Positions 11,591-22,228 of a stretch of 52,516 nt of DNA are shown here, one piece after another. The notes below the pieces were generated by a model. That model searched no databases, was not told the DNA's origin, and saw only the letters and a list, made by a program, of their open reading frames with translations. Source of the DNA: Octopus bimaculoides (Eukaryota); NCBI RefSeq assembly GCF_001194135.2, contig NC_068985.1, positions 92,118,107-92,170,622 of the forward strand, read 5' to 3'. A program made the position numbers and the translations under genes. Position 1 is the stretch's first letter. Every line of letters begins with the position of its first letter.

Positions 11591-13209
11591 ATTAGTTACC
11601 TTGTTGTGCTTTTATATCACATTACGTTATCAGATGGTTTCATTTTCATCATTATTCAAAAGATGTTTGTATTTGGAGGGAATTTTCTTTCTTTTTTTCT
11701 TTCCTTATCTTTCCTGTTTTAATTTTCTTTTTGTGGTCTTTTTTTCTTTCCTAGAAACATTGAATCGTCACTTAACATTGATGGCCCCGAGAAAAGCAAC
11801 GCCAAATAAAGACACCATGCCATGCAATATCCTTAGACAGCATCGTATCATTTGCAATAATTTTATTTTTCTCTTAGTTTCTTCTTTCCTCTCTATGAAT
11901 AGAATACAGCTTTCGCTTCCAAATTGACATTTTTTTTTCTGAGTATTGAGATATTTTGCAACTTTTCTTAGATGTTTTATTTATTTTGTGTGTGTTTGTG
12001 TGCGTGCTGTAAATGTCCGGTGAACCTAGTATTCAATCGGGTTCCAATTCCCTTTGGGACTATAGTAATTTCCTATCCCTTACACCGTTAACACACTTGT
12101 AAAATTCCTGTTGTTCCTTCTATTTTGTGTCAGAAATCAATAGGACTTTATCACACGTTGTTAGACACTTCTGATCAAGATGTCAAGCAATTGACTTCAT
12201 ATGTTCTACTAGGGCATACATAAATATATTTATCTCTATTGCAAGTTGAAGTTCGATAATAAACTTCACCATTCTGGTATTTTCTATACACCACAAATAG
12301 AAAGAAAGAAATCGATGTTACCTTTTGTAGTTGGAAATAAATTTACAGGTGATTTGCATTGTGTTCGCTGTATATTTTAATTGTTAGCATCTTTCATTGT
12401 TTAACTTTACTTTTATTGTTTTCTACTGATAATTTGATCAGCAATTCTTAGTTACATTGATGAACTAATAGTGTATAAGATGCGTTAAAACAGAAGATAA
12501 ACTAATTTTACACGCTGTAATGAAAATTCTAACAGTACAACAATGTACGACTTAAGCACAACATGAATCTACCAAGACCTGTCAGAGTTAATGATGTTGT
12601 GTCACTATAATGAGATCTGCTAGTTCAAAGTGTGTGACTTATTAAGAACAATATAATGGATTTTAATCAGCAATAAGGAATTACAATGGACACTAACTGA
12701 ATATATATCTAGAACGGTAGTGAGATGCTTAAGCGTTGTCGAATACAACTTTATATAGAAAGAATATATAAAAGCTTTATAAATGAAACGGTAAAATTTA
12801 ATCAAAGCTATCACATTGTGAAGTCTTACAATATAATATTACAAATAGTATAGTCATTGACATGAGTTGGTGGTGTGTGAGTGGGGAGTGCAGTTGTGGT
12901 ATTTGCAAGCCAATCTCCACGTTGCGTTAAACTATTATCCCCAAGCCTGGCAGAAAGTAGTTAAAACAATTTTCTTTCTTAACGTCATTAGCATCACCAA
13001 CCAAAATATCAAGAAACAAATGCCAATCAGAAATTTGGCATCCGTTACAAATCAATCATATTTCCGTTCGAGTTGTTTACGTGGTTTTATAATTGAAAGA
13101 AAAAAAATAGAAAGATATTAACCACTTTCAGGAACCGTTTCTTTTAGGCTCTACATCTGGTATTAGAAAGAACAACATCAATGATAATAACAATAACAAC
13201 ACGAAGGGC

Positions 13210-13311
<102 letters not shown>

Positions 13312-14244
13312 TGTTTCGAAGAATTTCATTTAGTTGTCAATCTTAAAGATATTTTCAATAGCATCTGTTCTTGAATTGCTTCGAAAACTTGGAAAACTAA
13401 TTTGAAATATAAGAATCAAACCTTGAGGTGTTTCTAATTACTTTTTGTCTGAAGCTCGTAGACGTATCATTGATGGATGCTTCGAGCTAGAAGGATGTAA
13501 ATGACTTCTTGATATAGGGACTTGAATAGAATGTCTGTCTGTCACAGTCTGTTGATTATATAAAATAATGGAGAAATTTACGAAGAACGAACACCTTATC
13601 ATTATGCCTTCAATATTGGAAAGAAATATAACGAGAAAAATGAGGGAAAACGAAAATGTAATTTTTGTTCTGTAAAGTAAAAAAAAAAATATATCATTTG
13701 AAACATGGAAAAATAAAAATGGAAAATAAATAAATATATAAAGCTAATTTTGTTACGACATTAACGTCCTCTATGATCTGTATTGAACAAAATAAAAATC
13801 TGTATTAGAGATGAATTCAATAATTCATGAGAAGAAAATAACGAGTGGAACATTGGCGATTGGTCAAGAATAATGGAAAGAGTCGGTGAATGTGATACAT
13901 TATTGATAACAGAATTTCAGTAATCTTTGCGGCGTACATACAAAGAAATAATCGAGTTGTCTAAGATGCGATATGAATGAGATGCAGTGTGGGAGAATGG
14001 AATCGGTGACATATCAAATCAGACTGCAATCAACATTTTTAGCATTAGCAATATGCTAAGTTAGCTTTATCCTTGTAGCATTCTGCTGTGCTAAAATTAT
14101 CCGCTAAAATCAGCAAATCGTAGGCAGATGATATGAGAATATATTGCACTGTACTTTTCTGTGAGGAGGCATAGAGTGGAAAATATTTTAATGCATACCG
14201 TTGAAGAAAAAGAGAAAGACACGCAGAGAGAGTAATATATATAT

Positions 14245-14710
14245 NNNNNNNNNNNNNNNNNNNNNNNNNNNNNNNNNNNNNNNNNNNNNNNNNNNNNNNN
14301 NNNNNNNNNNNNNNNNNNNNNNNNNNNNNNNNNNNNNNNNNNNNNNNNNNNNNNNNNNNNNNNNNNNNNNNNNNNNNNNNNNNNNNNNNNNNNNNNNNNN
14401 NNNNNNNNNNNNNNNNNNNNNNNNNNNNNNNNNNNNNNNNNNNNNNNNNNNNNNNNNNNNNNNNNNNNNNNNNNNNNNNNNNNNNNNNNNNNNNNNNNNN
14501 NNNNNNNNNNNNNNNNNNNNNNNNNNNNNNNNNNNNNNNNNNNNNNNNNNNNNNNNNNNNNNNNNNNNNNNNNNNNNNNNNNNNNNNNNNNNNNNNNNNN
14601 NNNNNNNNNNNNNNNNNNNNNNNNNNNNNNNNNNNNNNNNNNNNNNNNNNNNNNNNNNNNNNNNNNNNNNNNNNNNNNNNNNNNNNNNNNNNNNNNNNNN
14701 NNNNNNNNNN
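14245..14710. other. Assembly gap within (AT)n
   Basis: Run of N. Confidence 0.99.
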
Positions 14711-15404
14711 TATATATTCAATATGTTCCGACCAATTCAAAGCTCTTGTACGGTTGTCTGCTACCATATGCCATCATACAGCAGGTATAATTCTTTTATT
14801 GTATATATATATATATATGTGGAATTCCGTCAGCAGTACTATCAAATCCAGTCTTTTTTGTGCTTATACGAAAACAGGTCAAGGTAACATTGCCAAACTA
14901 ATATATAACCAAACAAATGAACTTACTGCAGACAAAAATAGCAATATCCTCGGCTGCTTCCTTTTTAAACTGTTGAAAAAAATGTTCCTTACTTGATATT
15001 AAAAAATACGGCTGCTAAAAAATGTTTAAGCAATATAAGGATGTTCTATACTATCTACGATATTCAGCATTATTATTTTGCGTTTGAGAGTAAAATATGT
15101 CCATATCTATATTTTGATACATCTCCAAGCTTCTAAAGAAAAGCAAACTTTGTTTACATACATCGTAATTATTTTATGATTGTTAATCTTATATCTCACA
15201 GTTATAAGTTTTCATGCACACGTAGTTTCCCTAGTGGTCGCAGATATTACAAGGGAGATAATCAATTCTTCATAAATGAGGCATGATTAGAAATTTGATG
15301 TTGAAATTAAGGAATGTCAAGAAAAAAGATGCATAGAATTCGCACGTTCAGTATTTTTTTTTTTTTCGTTTTTGTTTATTTCGAAGTACTTATAATTTCT
15401 AGTC

Positions 15405-15560
15405 AATGTTGGTCTGTTTACGTACCCGTAACTTAGCAGTTCTCCAAATCAAGACCGATAAAATAAATACTAGACTTAAAATAAGTACTGAAGTATATTT
15501 ATTCCGCCGAGCCAACTATACTCCAGCATGGCCGCGATCCAATGACTGAAAAACAAGTGA
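15405..15560 (+). mobile_element. SINE family B 3' half
   Basis: GTTTACGTACCCGTAACTTAGCAGTTC...AGACCGATA...CTCCAGCATGGCCGCG...AATGACTGAAA. Confidence 0.75.
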
Positions 15561-15694
15561 ACAGATCTTTTTCATAGATGCTGCCCTCATCGTTAACCCT
15601 GGTTTAAATTCTTAATTGAAAAGGCTTCCCTTTGTCTGACATCTATTTTAATTCTCACAAGAATTTAGTAAATATTGCAGTTTATTGATGAATT

Positions 15695-15835
15695 GGCCGA
15701 GTCATTCGAGCATTGGATCGCATTCTTTGCAGTATTTACTCCGATTCTCTCAACGTTCTGAGTTCAATCTCCGCCGTGGTCACATTTCTGCTTCATTCTT
15801 TCTGGTCGATATTTTAAGTATCGGTTGAGTACGGT
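15695..15835 (+). mobile_element. SINE family D, old and decayed
   Basis: ACGTTCTGAGTTCAATCTCCGCCGTGGTC...GGTCGATA..TTAAGTATC. Confidence 0.6.
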
Positions 15836-15879
15836 TGATTACTAGAACTGCTAGAGTTCGATATCAGTCGGGTTCTATG

Positions 15880-16270
15880 TGTTCTCAGCTCGTTTTACAC
15901 GAAGCGATTAAGATGCCACAGTTGGTCATCAGGTCATTGCCTTTCACGGATTGAGAGAAGACGTTAAGGAGGACCACGATATTATGGTGACAGCGGCACG
16001 TTTCTGCAATAAAGCAGGCCTTCCATAGTTTTTGTATGCTATGGCTTTATGCTGTAGACACAAGGGCTTTGAACTCCAAGAGCAACGAGATGAGGAGTCA
16101 AACTCGTGACACTTTCCATACAAATGAAACTCACTCACCAGAAAATGGTTCCAGGTTTTCAGATATCTTGGAAACATCTTCGACAACAACGAACTGCCGA
16201 CGATGTGAGAGCTTTATTTTCCAATTTAAAAAGATTCTTCTGTATTGCTATCAAAGAATTTCACACAGTA
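15880..16270 (+). pseudogene. Decayed LINE RT thumb fragment (RTE-like)
   Basis: TTCAGATATCTTGGAAACATC translates to FRYLGNI (the F/Y-K/R-YLG motif), followed by ADDVRALFSNLKR in a shifted frame. Confidence 0.4.
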
Positions 16271-17489
16271 TTTTTATGTCAAACTCCGCCATATTCCACA
16301 TTCTCCTATCTCTCCTCCTCTTACTCCTCCTCTGCTTCCATCTTCTCCTTATCATTATCATCATCACCGTCGTCGTCATCATCATATATGTCTCATTGTT
16401 ACAAGTCAATATTGCTACTCATGGCGTTTCCAAAATAGTTGCTATTTAAAACGTTCTGCCAAAATAAGTATTGTAAATACAATAAAGATGCATTGTTGGG
16501 CTGTATGATATAAATTATATTGAAATGGATTTGGAAATATGAAAAATTACGTTTTATAGCATTTTAAGATAAAGGTTAACGAAATGACATTGAAAATAAT
16601 AAACAATACACAAGCTACGTTTAAATTGACAAAATACCTAAGAAAATTTAATGAAGTACAAGCTGAAGTTAAAGATTAATGATACTGAACATAACAAACA
16701 ATATAGTTTGAATTAGATTTTAGAACATTTTATTTGCAACTATAGCGAATAACTCATTCATCTTCTTACAGCTTTTAGCGTAACTGAATGAATAGACAGC
16801 GTAACAAGTGTGTAATCTCTCATCGGCGCCATGAAAATAAAAACAAAATTCTCTCCTCGACACCAAAAGCGTTTTCAGAGTTGGTGCACCAACTGAATAA
16901 TATATATACATACATACATACATACATACATACATACACACAGACAATCACACGCTTATGTATATATACAATACAGTTCCGTTAAGGTAAGATCAACAAA
17001 AAAGTATTCCATCCAGTGAGAGGTGAATATCATTTCATGTACGCTGTATATCGATGCGAGCTACTAATAGTTTCTTGCTATGAAGACATGCGGCTAGGTA
17101 GAGTCCTTTTTTATAACGCGCCTTGCATCTCCAGGCAATTTTCAGGCATTGAGCACATGCCCGGTTCTATTTGAAAATCAGGACGCGGGAACATGAGAAA
17201 CCACGGGAAAAAAACGTTTGAATATGAAAGTCCCACAAAATATTTCATTTCTCCGACTCCTTTACAGTACCAAATCGGTGACTGTACCATCTGCTTCCAG
17301 CTGAGATAAACAGTGGCACGTCGAATAACCCATCTCGAAAACGCTTAACCACAACGTTAATATTATGAATCACCGGGTTCTGTTCATTAACATTTGCTCT
17401 ACTTTTGCTGCTGTCTGCTATTGTGATGAAATATATGTTAAGAGGTGTTTAAGTATTAATAAATTCACAGATTCGATTAATTCTTTTAC

Positions 17490-17790
17490 TCTCTAACTAG
17501 TCCAACTGGTTCTGTTACCTGATTGGTTGGTCTGCTTCCTCGTTGATCGATGTTATTGCAGACACTGTAACTCAACCACTTCTGTTGTGACTGGGCTGTT
17601 TCCAGAATATAATGCTTAACCACAGTTATGCTTACGTGGATACGCCACGAGAAAAAAAAAAACATTGAATATCTTTCCATGTCCAAAGCGCTGTTGGGGA
17701 TACAAAATGTTGGTTGACTATATAGCATAACTGAATATATTTGCCGTGGAGACCCTTCCACCGGATTTTCTTGAGGGGTTTTCTCGCCTG
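17490..17790 (-). pseudogene. Decayed R4/Dong-like LINE fragment
   Basis: The minus strand reads IRWKGLHGKY (cf. WK.K.LHG.Y/F) and then YILETAQSQ (cf. FIIAAQDQ). Confidence 0.45.
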
Positions 17791-17822
17791 ACTAGGACAC
17801 AATTTAATATTTTATTGAATTC

Positions 17823-17921
17823 TAAGGCGAGTAACTGGCAGAATGATTAGAATTCCGGGCAAAATGCTGCGTGGTATTTAGTCCATCTGTGTTCGAATTC
17901 CACCGAGGTCGACCTTGCCAT
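17823..17921 (+). mobile_element. SINE family D 5' part, ending where the family-C head begins
   Basis: AACTGGCAGAATGATTAG..CCGGGCAAAATGC...GTTCGAATTCCACCGAGGTCGACCTTGCC. Confidence 0.7.
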
Positions 17922-18004
17922 GGCATGTGGCGTAGTGGTTAAGAGCGCGGGCTATTAACCTCAAAATTCTGAGTTCGATTCCAAGCATTGACCTGAATAA
18001 TAAT

Positions 18005-18137
18005 AGAAAACAGTACTGCTTGGAATCGTCCGAATACTCCGGAAGGTGCTCGAAAAATAAGAAGTGTTACCTTAGTTCACTGGTAGTGAACAGCTGACAC
18101 TGCAGTACATCTCCAGCGTTAGAAGCTGTTCGAAGAC
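18005..18137 (+). mobile_element. Very short 5'-truncated R4/Dong-like LINE 3' end nested in the (AAT)n of family C
   Basis: Reads KTVLLGIVRILRKVLEK* (18007-18060), the typical RLE-LINE C-terminus. The 3' UTR ends GAAGAC|AAT, with AAT on both sides. Absent from the copy at 25361. Confidence 0.8.
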
Positions 18138-18141
18138 AATG

Positions 18142-18207
<66 letters not shown>

Positions 18208-18215
18208 TTAATAAC

Positions 18216-18252
<37 letters not shown>

Positions 18253-18299
18253 TCGAAAATTACCTTGGGAATGAGAACCCACGTTCGAAATTTGCCCAA

Positions 18300-18345
18300 G
18301 ACACCTGATGACGGCTGGAGGGTATATCAGCCGAAACGTTGTGTT
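18300..18345 (+). ncRNA. Minimal type I hammerhead ribozyme fold
   Basis: Stem I GACAC(18300-04)/GTGTT(18341-45); core CTGATGA(18305-11) plus one extra nt; stem II GGCTG/CAGCC with a 10-nt loop; GAAA(18333-36); palindromic helix III A-C-G-T; predicted cleavage after GUU at 18340. Confidence 0.75.
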
Positions 18346-19657
18346 AACAACAAAGATGAGGACAAATATGCTTCAAATGTAAATAATGTAAATAATATAC
18401 ATAATTCTTCATCTCTTAAATATAGAACTATACAAATTATTCCCCCTTTTACTGTCTAGAGCGAAATACGTAAACTGTCATGTTTTCACTTGTCAATATA
18501 AATATTGGCAGATTTACACAAGTTCGGATCAATCTTTTCCAGTCTGGATGTAGACTGAAATATTCAATAACTAAACATAAACACTGGTCTATCAGGAAAA
18601 TTTACCAGAACTGTAACTATATAATCCTTATACCAGGTCACATGCTCGGCATTGAACGCAGGCATTGATGATCTCTAGTTAGAAAGTTCGCTTTTTAACC
18701 ACGTCAACTGTTCGACACCCTGGAGCAAGTTTCTTCCAGCGAATACCAAATTCCATTGACGCACTCGGCGTATGTTCTCAACTCATTTTTTCCATGTATG
18801 TATGTACCTATGCGTGTGTATATACGCTTTCTTCCTTTCCTTCTACCTCTCTATTAACATAAATACTTTAGAAGCTCGTTAGTTTCAATTCAATAATGTT
18901 TACTTCTTGTAGTCTTTAGGTTTTATTTTTCTTAGTTTGTAATTTTAGGTTTTAAGCTTTAATTTTTAATTTTAATCCTAAGTTTTAACTTTAATTTTTA
19001 ATCCTTAATCTCGTACCATTTACTTGCTATTAAGCATGAAACATAATTTTGAATATCCGTACTAACCACTATCCTATTTTCCTTTGCAACTTTACCTAGA
19101 TTGGCCTCCACCCCCCTCTTTTCTGAAATTGTAGCGTTTGACCTCTCACCCCGATGCAATATTGACATATCTCTATCATTACCTTTATTTTTATTCTTAT
19201 TCTTATTTCACCCTTTTACCATTATTTTATTCCTTTCGCCGCTCTCTCTCTCCTATATACACCCACTCACAAAACTTATTTATGTCTTACTTCCTCGCTC
19301 TATATACACCTTTACAATGTGAATACTTCATTCAAAATACTGCCAAACAAGGATTTACTTAGGGTTTTAACTAAGAATGTGTACCTTCATAGAAGTACCG
19401 ACCAACATCCATATCCTCTGGAAAAAGATGAGTTGAGAACATTATTCTCCTGCCTATATTCTTCTCACAATCTTTACTCTTTATTCTTCAGAGCGTGGAT
19501 ATACTAACCAATCACTTGGGTTATCCCAGAAACGGCTGTAAGACTTCAAATTCACCTAACTCTAATTAAATTATTTCTAAATTACTTGAGATACTCGTTC
19601 TACCATCGTTTTGATCCTTGCTCTAATATAATATATATATTTGAGTGTGTGTGTGTG

Positions 19658-19692
<35 letters not shown>

Positions 19693-20783
19693 TCGTATGC
19701 AAATATGAAAACAGTAGGTAGCGAAATTTTGTAAAACATTTTAATAACTTTTCCAGTCCCTTGATGTTAGTGGGTACTGTCACTTATCGTTTACTTTACC
19801 TTTTGAAGGTCTATATTTTTACAGACTTAATTTGTCAATACCTTTCACTGTCACCCGCCGCTCTTTACAGGCGCTTCGTTTTTCTGGTGAGCTTCTTATT
19901 TGTCATAAATCCTTTTATTCCAATTGCTTCGTTTTTCGAACTGCTGCTCTGCGACTCACTGTCATGATCGTACTTTTCTCAGGTCTACGAATTTTTTGTT
20001 TGTAGAACCTCTTTTTTTTTAAGATTTCTGAATTTACTGCCCATCTTTTTCTCTTCTTTGTGGTCACTTGTACAACGGGACAAAATCACTGGAAAGCGAA
20101 TTCTGAAAAACATCCAAATCCTGGAATTTTTATTGGCAGAGTAAAACTGGAGAAAATATTTCAATCTAGAAAACGTTGGTTAGAGAATAACAGAGATCCA
20201 TCTCATTAATGTATGGTTTAGCATTTTCAAGCGAATTGTTAATTCTCATTCTGTATGAATTTTACATGACACAACATGATAAACCTGGAAGTAGAAAATA
20301 TCTTAAATCTCATTATAATCTTACATTTGCCAAAAATTTATTGAATCAACTCTAAAGTGCTATAGCAATTTTTTAAAAGAATTTCGTTATTTAAATTTTC
20401 AAATCAACGTGAATATATTTATATCTTTAATCAATATTTTCAATTTATCTATTTATCTGTCTATATGTTGTATATTTATTTATCTAGTTAACAGTGTTGC
20501 TTGACACGGGATAAAATATATGGCACGGGCGAATATATAGTATTTAATATCATTCAATTTCTCATCTGCTAAAGTAAATAGCAAACTTTTGATTTAAAGC
20601 TGAAATCAAATTATGCAAAAGGCCATTATATTTGAAACTTTCAAAGAAAGGCTATTTGTAAAAGTAAGGTGCCAATTCAGATGATGATTAAAATAATTCA
20701 GTCAATGGAGATATAAAAGCTTCTGTAATTGAATTATTCAACCAAATGATATAACAATATGTAGGCGGATAAACACACGCTCC

Positions 20784-20836
<53 letters not shown>

Positions 20837-20871
20837 ATACGCATATCTGTAGACACACACATATATATATA

Positions 20872-20880
20872 GGTAGATAC

Positions 20881-20931
<51 letters not shown>
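20872..20931. repeat. (GATA)n microsatellite
   Basis: Direct tetranucleotide repeats. Confidence 0.95.
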
Positions 20932-21153
20932 AGGCGGCGAGCTAGCAGAAACGTTAGCACGCCGAGCGAAATGCTTAGCGGTATTTCGTTTGCCGCTACG
21001 TTCTGTTTCAAATTCCGCCGAGGTCGACTTTGCCTTTCATCCTTTCGAGGTCGATAAATTGAGTACCAGCTACGCACTGGGGTCGATGTAATCGACTTAA
21101 TCCCTTCTTTGTCCCCACTATGTTTAGCCCCTTGTAGGCAGTAAAGAAATAAG
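20932..21153 (+). mobile_element. SINE family D full length (tail type 2)
   Basis: GGCGGCGAGCTAGCAGAAACGTTAGCACGCCGAGCGAAATGCTTAGCGG...TTAATCCC...TTTAGCCCCTTGTAGGCAGTAAAGAAATAAG. Confidence 0.92.
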
Positions 21154-21279
21154 ATTGGTGGATAGATTGTAAAGAGAACATTGTGTGGGAATTTTTCAAA
21201 TTGTGAAACAGGTATAGAGAATGTTTAAACTGTATACAAAGTTGAAATTGAATAAAATGTCGCAAGTGATATGGTTGTT

Positions 21280-21960
21280 TCTAATCTGAGGGAACATCCA
21301 CCGAAGATAATCACAAATGTGAAAGACCTTTCAAGACAACAGACGATCACATTGCAAAAGAGTGTTTCACAAAAAAGTTCTTACTGTGAAAACCGTCACT
21401 TGATCAGCAGCGAACTATTCGATGGCGTAAGCAATCAGAAAATGTTGGAAGCAAATGATTTTAGAAGCAAAATTTAAGATTTAAGATGCATCATGATGTC
21501 GTCAAAATCTATTGAGAGATGAGCATAAAGAGAATCGAGCCACAGACAGTCACGAACTGATTGCTAATTACAATATTGTGGAAATTTTTTCAGATATTAT
21601 CGTAATAGTTTCAAATGGTGTGATGAGATCTTTGTGAATGATGTCGTAACGGGTATCAAATCACGGGTGTACGACTCGATGAAGAAGCAAAAGAATATTC
21701 GTCGAAGAGCGTTAGGCCATCATCGTTGCCACCGAAATATTTACATCAGCGGTGTTCATGTGTGAAGGTGAAGGTGATCCTTCTTTTATTGGGAGACTGT
21801 CGTTTATCATGAATTTGTTTCACGTAATAAATAAATGTTTCTAATGCCCTGAGGTGTTTAAATGAGAAAATACTGAGACAGGCACAAAGTCTGAGTAATG
21901 CATAATAATGACACACCTGGTCACACTTTACTCTTCATCGGCGACTTTTCCAGCAAAACA
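21280..21960 (+). pseudogene. Decayed mariner-type transposase remnant
   Basis: Hand translation gives NDVVTGIKSRVY (cf. RIVTGDEKWVY), a PPKYLHQ segment, WETVVYHEF (cf. WEGVIHYEL) and HNNDTPGH (cf. HDNARPH), in the expected order. Confidence 0.55.
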
Positions 21961-21977
21961 CTAGATGACTCTCATGT

Positions 21978-22228
21978 CACGAATATTTCGTGCTACTTTC
22001 CGGATATTTAGCATTAGTTTCCGAATATTTCGGGCTACTTTCCGAATATTTCGCGTTACTTTCCGGATATTTCGCTTCACATTCCGGATATTTCGCTTTA
22101 CATTCCGAAAATTTAGCTTCACTTTCCGGATATTTCGCTTCACTTTCCGGATATTTCGCTTCACTTTCCGGATATTTCGCGTTACTTTCGGATATTTAGC
22201 GTTACTTTGCGGATACTTCGCTTGCGGA
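21978..22228. repeat. 21-bp minisatellite, about 11-12 copies, unit ACTTTCCGGATATTTCGCTTC
   Basis: Directly visible periodicity, which gives 7-aa repeats (RKVKRNI / FRIFRFT) in the ORF track. Confidence 0.92.

Larger units (their letters stand above)
17922..18429 (+). mobile_element. SINE-like family C: tRNA-like head + (AAT)n + hammerhead-bearing tail
   Basis: A-box TGGCGTAGTGG (17928-17938), B-box GTTCGATTCC (17973-17982), AAT tract, then about 180 bp nearly identical to 25520-25699. Confidence 0.85.

Noticed and set aside
11049-11927. Cluster of long ORFs (up to 180 aa) rich in Y/I/C/V/M/H/T
   Set aside because: These are translations of (TA)n, (TG)n and (TATG)n microsatellites; the same applies to 40069-40567, 46469-47336 and 51683-52201.
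13540-14000. Possible Tc1-like transposase N-terminus (MEKFT...)
   Set aside because: Too degenerate; no catalytic motif or TIR could be identified.
17922-17995. tRNA gene (also considered for the family A, B and D heads)
   Set aside because: A/B boxes are present, but there is no complete cloverleaf or acceptor stem, and each head continues into a repeated SINE body.
18139-18459. ORFs reading MR..VRNLPKTPD..WRVYQPKRCVNNK.DEDKY in both family C copies
   Set aside because: They are fused to poly-Ile from (AAT)n and shared only because the repeat is shared. The conserved feature is better explained as RNA structure.
21978-22228. ETS/IRF/Rel-like motifs (CCGGAAAGTGAA) in the minisatellite
   Set aside because: Short motif matches are expected by chance and there is no evidence of a nearby promoter.
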